Source of the DNA: Takakia lepidozioides
Taxonomy: Eukaryota > Plantae > Bryophyta
Length of the DNA stretch: 64,000 nt
Assembly: GCA_030704615.1 (NCBI GenBank)
Contig: CM060733.1
Coordinates: forward strand, 76,508,001-76,572,000
Reading direction: 5' to 3'
Positions 37,810 to 49,436 of this stretch are shown here, one piece after another. The notes below the pieces were generated by a model. That model was given only the letters and a program-made list of their open reading frames with translations. It ran no database searches and had not been told where the DNA came from. A program made the position numbers and the translations under genes. Position 1 is the stretch's first letter, and each line of letters begins with the position of its first letter.

Positions 37810-39495
37810 CCCGGAATTTCCAACGTAGAGGTAATTCGGAGCGCTGCACGATGGAATTCCGGCGCCGGATTTACATCCTGCAGGTAATTCGGAGCGCAGC
37901 AGGATGGAAATTCAGCGCCGAATTTCCATCCAACAAGGTAGGGCGGCGCTGGAAATTTCCCTCACGCAGGTAATTCAAAAGCGGATGGATGGAAATCCGG
38001 CGCCGGATTTCCATCCGCACAGGTAGGGCGACGCGCCAAATTCCCCTCACGCAGGTAATTCAGAAGCGGATGGATGGAAATCCGGCGCCGGATTTCCATC
38101 CGCGCAGGTAGGGCGGCGCGCCAAATTTCCCTCATGCAGGTAATTCGCAGGCGGATGGATGGAAATCCGGCGCCGGATTTCCATCCGCAAGGTTGGGCGG
38201 AGAGCGGATGGATGGAGATCCGGCGCCGAATTTCCATCCAGCAGGTAATTCGAATCCCGGATGGATGGAAATTCGGCGCCGAATTTCCATGCAGCAGGTA
38301 AGTGGAATCCCGGATGGATGGAAATCCGGCGCCGCATTTCCATCCTGCAGGTAATTCGAAACCCCGATGGATGGAAATCCGGCGCCAAATTTCCATCCAG
38401 CAGGTATGTCGGATCGCTGGCGTATGGATATTCGGCGCTGAATTTCCATTCACCAGGTATTTCATCGCTCAGAATTACCTTCCTGCAGGTAATTCTGATC
38501 GATGGATTACCTTCGTGCAGGTAATTCTGAGCGAGGAATTACCTTCCTACCTTCATCGATCAGAATTACCTGCAGGAAGGTAATTCTGAGCGATGAAATA
38601 CCTGGTGAATGGAAATTCGGCGCCGAATATCCATACGCCAGCGATCCGACTTACCTGCAGGATGGAAATTCGGCGCCGGATTTCCATCCATCCGGGATTC
38701 CACTTACCTGCTGGATGGAAATTCGGCGCCGGGTTTCCATCCATCGGGGATTCGAATTACCTGCAGGATGGAAATGCGGCGCCGGATTTCGATCCATCCG
38801 GGATTCCACTTACGTACTGGATGGAAATTCGGCGCCGAATTTCCATCCGGGGGATGGTCTCTGTCGGAGAGGTGCCGGCCTCTCCGCCGCTCTGTTGGAT
38901 ATTCGGTGCCGAATTTCCGTCCGGGGGTTGAAATATGACGGCCAGGTGCCGACCTCTCCCCCCTCCCCGACTGCATTGGAACGGCCCCGGATTGAAATTC
39001 GGCGCCGTTTTCCCATCTAGGGAGGTTTTTATGTCGGCCAGTTTTCGGTCTGACCCCCCAACACGACTTCCTTTGGGAGGGCCCGGATGGAAATTCGGCG
39101 CCGAATCTCCATCCAGGGGATGCTCTCTGTCGAACACGTGCCGATCTCTACGCCCGAGGCGACTTCATCCGGGCGTCCCCTGTTCGATATTCGGTGCCGA
39201 ATTTCCGTCCGGGGGTTGAAATGTGACGGCCAAGTGCCGGCCTCTCCCCCCTCCCCGAGTGCATCCGAACCGCCCCGGATGGAAATTCGGCGCCGTTTTT
39301 CCATCTGGGGATGTTTTTATGCCGGCCAGTTTTCGGCCTGACCCCCGACACGACTTCCTTTGGGGGGCCCGGATGGAAATTCGGCGCCGAATCTCCATCC
39401 AGGGGATGTTCTCTATCGCACACGCGCCGGCCTCTGCGCCCGAGGCAACTTCATCCGGGCTTCCCCTGTTGGATATTGGGTGCCGAATTTCCATT
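37810..39495. repeat. Array of GGAAATTCGGCGCCGAATTTCC-type palindromes with a central large inverted repeat, in the divergent promoter region
   Basis: More than 20 motif copies. About 38210-38510 is the reverse complement of about 38555-38850. About 250-bp tandem units at 38820-39495. Confidence 0.92.
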
Positions 39496-39798
39496 TGGGG
39501 GTAGTAATGTGACGGCACGGTGCCGGCTTCTCCCCTTCAGCCGTCATCATCCGGACGGCCCCCCACTTTCTGACTGCATACCGTTGGCAGTTATTGCGCA
39601 AAGACCAGGGGCCGCATTCCGGAGACAAGGTTCATTAACACTCTGACTGTGGATTTTTGAGATAGTTGGCTCCCTAGATTTGGATCAGGCTTCGTCGCTC
39701 GGACAAATCGGCATCGCATTCATTCCCATCGCTGCATCCCCCTTCTACCAGGGAGCTTCCCCGCACGCCATCCTGGCAGTCTTGTGTGCACATCTCCC

Positions 39799-42700
39799 AT
39801 GGCGGAAAACCCGAGCGCTACAGTGTACTGCCCTCCTCACGAGCATAGAGCTTCATTTCCGTGCAGAGGGGACATCTGCCGGGTGATGGAGAAATATCTG
39901 TGCGTTCGATACCACCTGAAACCGGGGTCGGTTTTTTTGGAGGAGGAAAGGAAGGACTCTAACGGCCTTGTTGTCGAGAGTATTGTTGTGCTCCACGATG
40001 ATTTCGGCGATGGCAGGGAATGGCGAGTTCTACCATCGGACAATGTCATATACAGGGCTATTGGGGACTTCATTTGCCCGCCAAATGCACCTTCTATCCT
40101 GGCGCCTTCCACGAAACAATCCGCAAATCAGAGAGTGGCTACCTCAAAGAGAGAAGTCCGCAACGAAGTAAATCCAGAGCCGAACCCATCCATGAAGACG
40201 AGCGAGAACCGGGTTGTTCACAACCTGTCCGACTCAGACGAGGTCATGGAAGTTCCGAGGTCGTCCTGGAGATCAGGCAAGTCCTCAATGGACGTCAGTG
40301 GAGGAGGGAGTCATATTCCCAGCACGAGCACCGCAGTTCGATCTATTCTTGAAATTCTGCGAGGGCTTCACCTGGAGGGACACCGGTCGGAGCTGGCCGG
40401 GCTGGACTACAGCAAGTTCGCAATTAAATCGGTTACATGCCTTCCCGCCGACGTCGACGGTAATATCTTCTTTGAGTTCCCTCCTCGGGCGGACTACTCG
40501 AGGGCGTCCAGAATGTTGACAGATATGGATAGAAAACATGACGGTCATCCTTGGTGCGTTACCAAAACCACCAGCATGAAGATGCTCGATGGTGTGCGGG
40601 TGCGCTACGTTGTTTGTGCGGGCGCGTTGCGGTGTTTCTCCCCAACTTGCTTCCACTTTAAATCCAGAGGTCACAGGAACGAGACCGATTGGACAGGCAC
40701 AGCTCATCAACCATTTCAAGCTCAGGAGAAGGTTCCGAACTCCACATTTAAGTGTGCACATTGCAAAGAACCACCACACTGCATGTCTGTTTGTAATGCC
40801 AAGCAGTTCTATGTGTTGCACCGTTTCCCTGACCTGGCCCGAGCTTGCATACACGTTGGTTCCCATTGTCACAAATTGGCGAGGGGGAACTCGCGGGAGG
40901 CTGCCCACGAAGCAGAGCAGCTCGTTCAGGAGGAGGTTAAGTTGAGACCGGGTGCCAAACCCAAACAAATACAGCTCCAAGCCGCCCATAAGATGGCATT
41001 GGCCAGAATTATGTCGGAAGACGGCTCCGATAGAGTTCCTCTCGACGAGAAGGAAATGGAGGCATTGCTGGAGTCGGTGTCCCACGTATGTTCACCGAAT
41101 GTCCGAAACCACATTGTCTCATGCAAACAGAAAATTGGGCGTGGCTCGGATATGCACTCCATTCTGGAGGTGAAGCGACGATGTGGATATGACTACATTT
41201 ATGGAAGTAGGTTTCCAGGACAAGGGATTGAGGCAGATCGTTGTTTCGTATTCAAAATGTCCACGTGTGGACCTGGCAGCGGCGTCGAACTGGTCGACAC
41301 GATGACGAGTGGGAACTTGTCAAACAGTTGGGTCATGTTCGACCATATCAAGCGAATTACAAATCACCAGTGGGTGACAATGGGTGCACATGTCTACGAC
41401 ACCCACTGCAAGATGCTAATGACAATTGTTATTTGTGAGATGAAAGGAGAGGACACACAATCGGAGATGCTTCTTTGGCAGGGAATAAACGAACAGATGG
41501 CCAAGGCGGGATTGCCCCCTCCCAATTTCCGTGGTTTCATGGCGGACAACGCACAAGCAAATTGGGCTGCCATCCGAAGGGTGTACGGGCAAGACCCCAA
41601 TGTTCCCATGGAAGGCAAGGAGAGATCTTGTGGGTTCCATTTTCTGTAGAGCCTTTCGCAGTACACAACCAGGCTCGTGGCGCCAGATTTCAGAGAGGAG
41701 CACCGTTCCATGTGCCTTGCGTGGAAGCGCGCTCCCACCTTGGATGATGCAGAGACACAGTTTGCATGCATACGGGCTTGGTGGACATCGTCAGGTGCTG
41801 TAAGGAAATCAGACGAGGGAACAATGGTCAGTTGGCTAGCATGGTGGCATTATCATTTCCTCCAGTTCGGCGACTATATGCGGGAGGTGAGTTGCACGAA
41901 TTCGCGTCCCGTTGAATATTATTCTTGGCCATATTTGTAACTTGCTTGTAACCTGAACATGTGCTTGTGCAGGAAATGTGTCTCGACTCCGACACCGACA
42001 TGCCCACGACAAACATGGCCGAATCAGTGCACTCTTCCTGGCGTGCCTCCTCTGCAGCGCATCTGGTGGACATCCTCACTGCCACAACGGAGGACATTGT
42101 GAGGTCAATTATGCAGCAATGCAGGTACAACGAGTTCTTGAAAGGGAAACAGTGGGGCTTGGGGCCGGACAGGCAGGAAATGTTGATGCGGACTGCCTCT
42201 AGATCGAAGAATCCTCGGAAGTGGGCGGCGGCCTTGCGAGAGGGCCTTCGGGACACGCCATTGCTGCGAAGAGGCCAACATCTGAAAGGAGATGTTCATA
42301 CCCGTCCAGTGAGACGAAGACTTGACGAGGCACCTGGCGGAGAAGAGGATTCATGACGAGCTGACAAGAATATTCGCACGCTCCCTCGTGGTCCGGTGAT
42401 GTTGCCCGAGGAGGTCTCGTCGAGCACCGCAAGTCCTGCACGTTCAAGATCGTCATCTCCTTTGAGCACAAGGCGCGTGCCCCGGCAACATAACCAGCCA
42501 TCTGTAGTAAAGCAGTACAACATTCCCATTGTGGAGACAAGAGTGTCGGAGTCACAGTGGAGAATTGCGAGGACATTGCCGACATTTCGAGGGAAGTGCT
42601 GCACCATCCGGGTGGATACGAGAGCACGCTGTGGTGAGATGATTCGGAGGAACCCACACGGTGCTGTACCTACACCTTGTTTCAGCGGCAGATTTTTGAC

Positions 42701-43391
42701 TCCCACATTTGCTCACGCCACAACGCAGACATTTTGGTTATGTAGGCACGATATAATGACCTGTGTATTTGGCAAGCCCAAGTATGGGATTCAGGGAATG
42801 CCGGAGCCTCCGGGCGTCTGGCATGTTGCACCGGGTTGCAGCCTCTCTCAGAATGAGGCGGATGCTCTATCTGCAGCAGGATTTCGAATGGTGCAACGCA
42901 CAGACATCCCGGCCCACGCATTTCCGGTTCCTCAGACCCAGCCATTGCAGACTGCTCGGTCCAGTAGAGACGGATTGGACAATTCTGCACATCCCACAAT
43001 GCGATTCAGAAGAGTGAAGAGACGACACCCTCCCAACAAGTTGAATGAGACTCGGATTGCCAATGCTCTTGGGATGGCTTGCACTATTCAGAGCTCCGTG
43101 GACGTACCCCCACCCGGCCTTGGGTGTGTGTATCAGATGGCAACGGCCGGCTCGGCTGTACGCGATGATGTATACACAATTGCGATTGGAGTGGAGCCGA
43201 CTTGCAATTGTACGGACTTCTCGTTGATGGAAGCAAAGAATGGTTCCAAGTATTATCCGTGCAAGCATCTGTATTACATTTACCTGAAGAGGTTGAGGAT
43301 GAACGTGACTATTGATGACTTTATTCATGCACCGGCGTTGAGCGTGAACGAGCTGCACAAACTCCTCCTTAGGGATTCCAGAAATCATTGA
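39799..43391 (+). pseudogene. MULE-family DDE transposase with N-terminal Cys/His zinc domain and C-terminal SWIM finger
   Basis: MFDHIKR (D), FMADNAQAN (D), CGFH (CxxH), TTNMAES (E) and CNCTDF...YPCKHLYY (SWIM). Intron 41887-41972. Premature TAG at 41647-41649 and TGA at 42354-42356. Confidence 0.88.
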
Positions 43392-43547
43392 TGGGGCAAA
43401 GGGAATCCTCCATATGGATATTTTCAATTGCATTTTGCTGTATCAGACTTTTTTTTGCAGTGTAATGAAATGCACCCCAAAACTCCTGGAATGAGGCAAT
43501 ATTCCATTCAAACTGAGATCCAACAGAAGCAGTTGTGGGGCCATTTA

Positions 43548-43980
43548 TGGAAAAATGGCGCCGAATTTCTCTTTTTGGGGCCGAAAACTGGCTAAGTCCC
43601 AACATGCACTGGTACCTGTGTCTGGGAAAATGGCGCCGAATTTCTCTTTTTTGGGCCGAAAACTGGCTAAGTCCCAACATGCATTGGTACCGTGTCTGGA
43701 AAAATGGCGCCGAATTTCTCTTTTTTGGGCCGAAAACTGGCTAAGTCCCAACATGCACTGGTACAGTGTCTGGAAAAATGGCGCCGAATTTCCCTATTTT
43801 GCGCCGAAAACTGGCTAAGTCCGAACATGCACTGGAAAAATGGCGCCGAATTACCTGTCATGAGGGGACCTATAGCCGCAGAATTCGGCACTATTTTTCG
43901 CCAGAGAGACCTATTACCGCGAAATACGTCGCCGTTTTTTCAGGTTACGGACCCTATTACCGCGAAATTCGGCGCCATAT
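43548..43980. repeat. Subterminal tandem array, about 73-bp unit, with GGAAAAATGGCGCCGAATTTC and GGCTAAGTCCC
   Basis: 4-5 near-identical units sharing the motifs of the 33578 array. Confidence 0.9.
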
Positions 43981-44322
43981 TTGCACATGTCGCTGGGAAT
44001 TGGCATGAGCGGAAGACGAAATATCATGAGCATAACTGTCAAAACTGCAATTTTCCCTTCAAGGGGCCGAATAATAGATTTGTTTTTCCTGACACATTGC
44101 ATTAAATTATTGTTTTTTATTGTTTTTTATTTTCGAAATTTGTACTTCTGCTCATGAAAACCGATTGTCTTACTACTCTGCTCATGCCGCTCATGCCGCT
44201 CATGCTCATGAAATAGCAAACCTCCTCTAAATGGTTTACCAATCCTCAAAGTCTACACAAGACGAGCAAAATCTATACACGGGGTAATTGTCCCCAAGCA
44301 GTCTGATGGACAATCTGCCCCT

Positions 44323-46880
44323 ATGTGTGCGGAGCCTGTGCGTCCTGTAACTGAAAGATTTGGTACCCTGAATGGTTTACCAATTCTCAAAGTTTACACA
44401 AGACGAGCAAAATCTACACATGGGGTAACTGTCCCCCCTTTGCAGAACGGTTGGCCGTCCAGGAGCAATCACAAGCTACTTAGACGACAAACAATTCACA
44501 CGCAAAGGGCTGGCTTGCGGCTGGCCACTTTCAACTTCTCAGGGTTGACCAACCAAAGGAAACAACTTGAAGTGGGACAAGTTCTTCGGACTAATGATAT
44601 TCATATCTGTGCTGGGCAAGAAACATGGGAAACGTCGGATAAATTGGTTGGAGATGTCATTGGTTATAAATGGGCAGGTAAGATGTGTACTCTCAAGGCA
44701 GCCTCTGCCAAACGCGGTCAAAAAGGGGTCGGATTCTTTGTCCGTGATATCTTGTTTGACAATTGTGAAATTATCAACAAGGGTTTGAGGTACGAGCATA
44801 GTATCTGGCTAAAAAGGGCGGCATGAGTACAAAGGACCTCTTTGTTGGTTGTGTTTACATGCCCACAGAGGGGACCCTTAGTGCTGACGCAGACAAGGCC
44901 TTCAAAGATGTAAAGCTGGACTGTGCTTCGTTCCTTGCCAAAGGTCAGGTGGTACTATTGGGGGACTTCAATGCCCGGGTGGGCAAAGGGATCCATCAGG
45001 ACGATATCATTGGACCTTTTGGTGAGGACGAGCTGAATTCTAATGGCAGACGGTTAATTAACTGTCTAGAAGAGCTTCAGCTTTTGACCTTGAATAACAG
45101 GACAAGGTGTGACCAAGTGCAGTGGAATCGTGAGAAATCCCAAACTGGGGAACGTTCCATTGTGGACTATATCATAATGGACAAAATTTTGTTCCCCCAG
45201 TGTGCCAATGTGTTGATCGACAGAACTGATATTGGTACCTCTGACCACTTCCTGGTTTGGACTGAGATCAAAAGGTGTTTTCCCACCACCAAGAGATCTG
45301 TGAAACGTTCGATTTGGAAGTGGCGCATAGAAGAATTCCACAATGAGGAGGTCAAGGCTGAGTACGTCCAGGCCTTGCAAGAGGCTCTCCCTCATTTTGT
45401 CCAATCGCTCCAAGAACTTCAGTCATGCTCTGTTAACGCAAGAAATGAAGTCGAAAGAGCAGTGGACTCTTGAGAGAGTTTCGTTTCCTCCGTGGCTAAC
45501 AAGATCATTGGGAGGAAACTAATTGTCTGCTGTAGAGCAGTTAATTGGTGGACCAATGAGATTAAACTCAAGATAGCTGAGAGACGAGCCCTCTATAAAG
45601 AGTGCTGCAATTTGGAAACCAACTCAGAATTGTGGGCGAGGTACTACCAGCTCCGTAAAGATATCAATCAGCTTGTTAGGTCTCAGAAGAAATTATTAGG
45701 ACAAGTTATACAGTGAAATAAACTCAAACCACCATGGTGGTAATGACAAGAAATTCTGGTTGGCCCTTCAACGTTTGTACAAGCCGAAAAATGGTCAGCA
45801 AGTGCAAGCGCTGAAGACTACTAAAGGTGCAGTGGTGACTTCATCGGTTGACATTGTCAAAACCTTTGAAACTCACTACAGTATCCCTGGTAGAACTTCT
45901 AGGTCTAACAGTGAGGGGTCTTCTGCTGAATGGAGGGACACAGTTGGAAAAACTGTTCCTATGATTCAAAACAGCCCTGATGAACTGGAGTATATTTCAA
46001 TGGCTTATAATGCTCCCATTAGTTCTTCTGAGATTGTGGAAGCAATTGAACATTTAAATGGATATAAAGCTGGTGGACCTGATGGTATTGTCAACGAGCT
46101 TATCAAGCACGGTGGCGATCCCATGATAGAGGCCCTAGTTCTCCTCTTTAACCTTATCTGGAAGACTGAAATGATCCCCTTTCGCTGGCGACAGGGGGTC
46201 ATTGTCAATCTATACAAGAAGGGTGACAGAGAAGAACCGGGGAACTACGTGGCATCACGCTCCTCAATGCTGTTGGCAAGACATTCTGTAGAGTTATAAG
46301 TACTCGTCTCGAGGTTGATCTGGAGTCTAGAGGTTGTTTCCACGAAGGCCAAGCTGGCTTTTGGCGAAACAGGGGCTGTGTGGATCATATCTTCACTCTA
46401 AGCCAGATTATCCAGGGAAGGAAAAAAGAAGGGAAACCCACTTATGTTTTTTTCCTGGATGTCAAAAAGGCTTATGACATAGTGTGGAGAGATGGCCTAT
46501 GGTTCCGCCTCTGGTCTTGTGGGATCAAGGGAAAGATGTGGAGAGTTGTCCACAACTTGTATGCTCACACCAAAAGCTGTGTCACTGTTAACGGACAGAA
46601 GTCCAACTTCTTTGACATAGACCAAGGTGTAGCTCAAGGATGTACTCTCTCCCCTCTGCTCTTCAATGTTTTCATCAATCAACTCCTCGAGGATGTGGAA
46701 AGTGAGGGATTTGGGTTAAGGGTGGGTGATACCACCATACCAGCCCTTATGTTTGCGGATGACTTCGCAGGCATAGGGGAGACTCCAACCAATCTCCAGG
46801 AGTTGATTGATTGGGCGAAGAGATACTTTGATCTTTGGGGGCTAGAGGCTAATGTCAGCAAATGTGCAGTGGTAAGCTAG
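44323..46880 (+). pseudogene. LINE ORF: APE endonuclease and reverse transcriptase (frameshifted)
   Basis: ATFNFSGL, GQETW, LLGDFNARVG, SIVDYII, SDH (EN). KAGGPDGI, FLDVKKAYDIV, GVAQGCTLSPLLF, LMFADD (RT). Confidence 0.93.
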
Positions 46881-46978
46881 AGCATGTAGTTTTAAAGGAC
46901 ACATCGTCCATCCTGGGATTCACCCCAAAAACTACACATGAAGCCCTAGATTTGGCATAAGTAACCAATTCCCAGGGA

Positions 46979-48935
46979 TCACCCTGAGGCATACATGTCC
47001 AGGAGGGTATTGTTCAGAATGACATCTGGTACAATCCCAGCTTTGATGATGTCGCCATGGACCTTCCTACCCTTTTCCAGGGTTGCCAGGCCCCCACACG
47101 CATTGCAAACACAAACAAATGTGACCCGGTTGGGCTTCACACCTTCCTGCATCATTTGCTCATAAGTCTCCAAAGCCTCCATCCCACACCCATGCTGCAC
47201 ATATCCTGCAATCATCGAACTCCAGGACACCACATTTTGTTCAGCCATGCTGACGAACACTCCCTTTGCATCTTCAGTACTTCCGCCTTTGGCATACATT
47301 TCGTTCAGCCATATTGTCAAACTCTCCCTTTGCACCTCTGATGTTGCTGCATTTGGCATACATGTCCACAAGGGTATTGTTCAGAATCAGATCTAGTACA
47401 ATTCCAGCTTTGATGATGTCTTCATGGACCTCTTTGCCTTTTTCTAGGGCTGACAGGCTCGCGCATGCATTGCAAATGCAAGTGAATGTGACCCGGTTGG
47501 GTTTCACCCCTACCTGCATCATTTGCTCATAGGTCTCCAAAGCCTCCAGCTCATATCTATGCTGGGCATATCCTGCAATCATTATATTCCAGGACACTAC
47601 ATCCCGTTCAGCCATATTCTCGAACACTCCCTTTGCATCTCCGATGCTGCCACATTTGGCATACATGTCCATGAGGGCAGTGTTCAGAATGACATCTGAT
47701 ACAATTCCAGCTTTGATAATCTCACCATGGACCTCTTTGCCCTTTTCCAGGGCTGCCAGGCTCACACATGCATTGCAATTACAAACAAATGTGGCCCGGT
47801 TGGGCTTCACCCTTCCTGCATCATTTGCTCATAGGTCTCCAAAGCCTCCATGCCACACCCATGCTGCACATATCCTGCAATCATCGCATTCCAGGACACC
47901 ACGTCTCGTTCGGTCATATTTTTGAACGTTCCTTTGCATCTTCGATGCTGCCACATTGGGCATACATGTCCACGAGGGTAGTGTTCAGAATGACATCTGG
48001 TACAAGTCCAGCTTTGATTACATCACCATGGACCTCTTTGCCCTTTTCCAGGGCTGCCAGGCTCATACACGCATTGCAGACACACACAAATGTGATCCGG
48101 TTGGGCTTCACTCCTTCCTGCATCATTTGCTCATAGGTCTCCAAAGCCTCTATGCCACACCCATGCCTGACATATCCTGCGATTATTGCATTCCAGGACA
48201 CCACATCCTGTGCAGCCATATTGTCGAACACCCCCTTTGCATCTTTGATGCTGCCGCATTTGTCATACATTCCCATGAGGGTTTTGTTCGGAATGACAAT
48301 TGGTACAATTCCAGCTTTGATGTTGTCACCATGGATCTCTTTGCCATTTTCCAGGGCTGCCAGGCTTGCACATGCATTGCAAACGCAAACGAATGTGACC
48401 CGGTTGGGCGTCACCCCTTCCTGCATCATTTGCTCATATGTCTCCAAGGCATTCTTACCACACCCATACTTGGTAAATCCTACCATCATTGTATTCCGTG
48501 TGAACAAACCTCGTTCAGGCATTTTGTTGAACACTTGGTGTGCAGCCATGATGCTCCCGCATTAAACATACATGTTCACAAGGGTGTTCTGTAGAAAAAC
48601 ATTTGGTTTGAATCCACTTTGGGTAATGTGAGAGTGCACCTACTTTCCCATTTCCAGGCCTTTCATCTTGACGCACGCATGCAAGAGACAGACATAAGTA
48701 TCTGTACCTGCTGAAATGCTTCCTTGGTTCAAAATTTGAAGAGCCCCTTTCAGTTTCCCTGCCTCACATAGTGTCCTCATATACCCGGAATTTCCAGAAG
48801 GGGTCCTGTGGACTCCCTCTCTTGGTCCTCTTTTGGAGGCTGTGGTCATTGTGAGAGTGCCTGATTTTATCAATTGTGCCCCTGCTGCTGCTTGCAGTTG
48901 ACCATCTAATCATGCAGGTTTCTTGTAGCTATCAA
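46979..48935 (-). pseudogene. PLS-class PPR gene, N-terminal leader plus about 5 PLS triplets, frameshifted and 3'-truncated
   Basis: ORFs 48640-48873, 47914-48549, 47274-47810 and 46979-47371 carry P-L-S motifs. Confidence 0.92.
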
Positions 48936-49436
48936 TAAGACGGCCTCCCAAAACCAAGAAGACCCTCCCAAGTACCTTGTAAACACCAAGAAAAACCCTT
49001 GCGCAATGCAATTTCATGGCCTGTTTAGGAACAACAACCTATGATACAGACAGGGACAGCCACTTTTGCAGAACAGAAAACCTTCTTCACATCATGTAAG
49101 AAGAAAGAGAGGCGTCCTAGGGGTAAACCTTGATATGTAGGTTGTCCCACCATTGTGAAGGATAAATATGCTCACCTTTTTCCCTGGGATTCTCACTGGA
49201 GAACGCTCTCCTGGATGCGTCGTTTGAAGAAATGCCCTCCGCACAGTCGAGCTCTGCCAAACCTATCTAAACCTGTTCTAAATGCCATGCCTTATCAACC
49301 TATGTAGCCATTGCGCTCGCGCTCTCTCTCTCTCTCCTTTGAACATCAAACAAAAGCAGGGAGGAAAAGGGTCAGTCTCGACGAAGTACCGTTCAAGAAG
49401 TTATTTTCGGATTTTTCAGGCAATCCGGGCAGATAG

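Larger units (their letters stand above)
30916..44224 (+). mobile_element. 13.3-kb Mutator-like element (MULE) with two divergent genes
   Basis: Perfect 9-bp TSD CTCTAAATG (30907-30915, 44225-44233). Short imperfect TIRs containing TATTTCATGAGC and CATGAGCGG sub-repeats. Removal restores the LINE repeat GFGTLNGLPILKVYTRR. Confidence 0.92.
29228..46875. mobile_element. Non-LTR retrotransposon (APE endonuclease + RT) with an inverted 5' segment, interrupted by a MULE
   Basis: The plus strand (about 30450-30915 and 44225-46875) carries the N-terminus, EN and RT up to NVSKCAVV. The immediate continuation (LKWQWGSQEIPVLPSYTYLGVEF...RPALEYGSAIW...CPLCGQSEDSIHFLIHC) is on the minus strand at about 30450-29237. 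No TSD recognised. Confidence 0.85.

Noticed and set aside
37962-39646. Many overlapping ORFs with MEIRRRISI / WKFGAEF repeats
   Set aside because: These are translation artefacts of the palindromic DNA repeats and appear on both strands.
40285-43433. Long antisense ORFs opposite the MULE transposase (and similar ones opposite PPR and cargo genes)
   Set aside because: Shadow ORFs with no motifs, explained by the coding strand.
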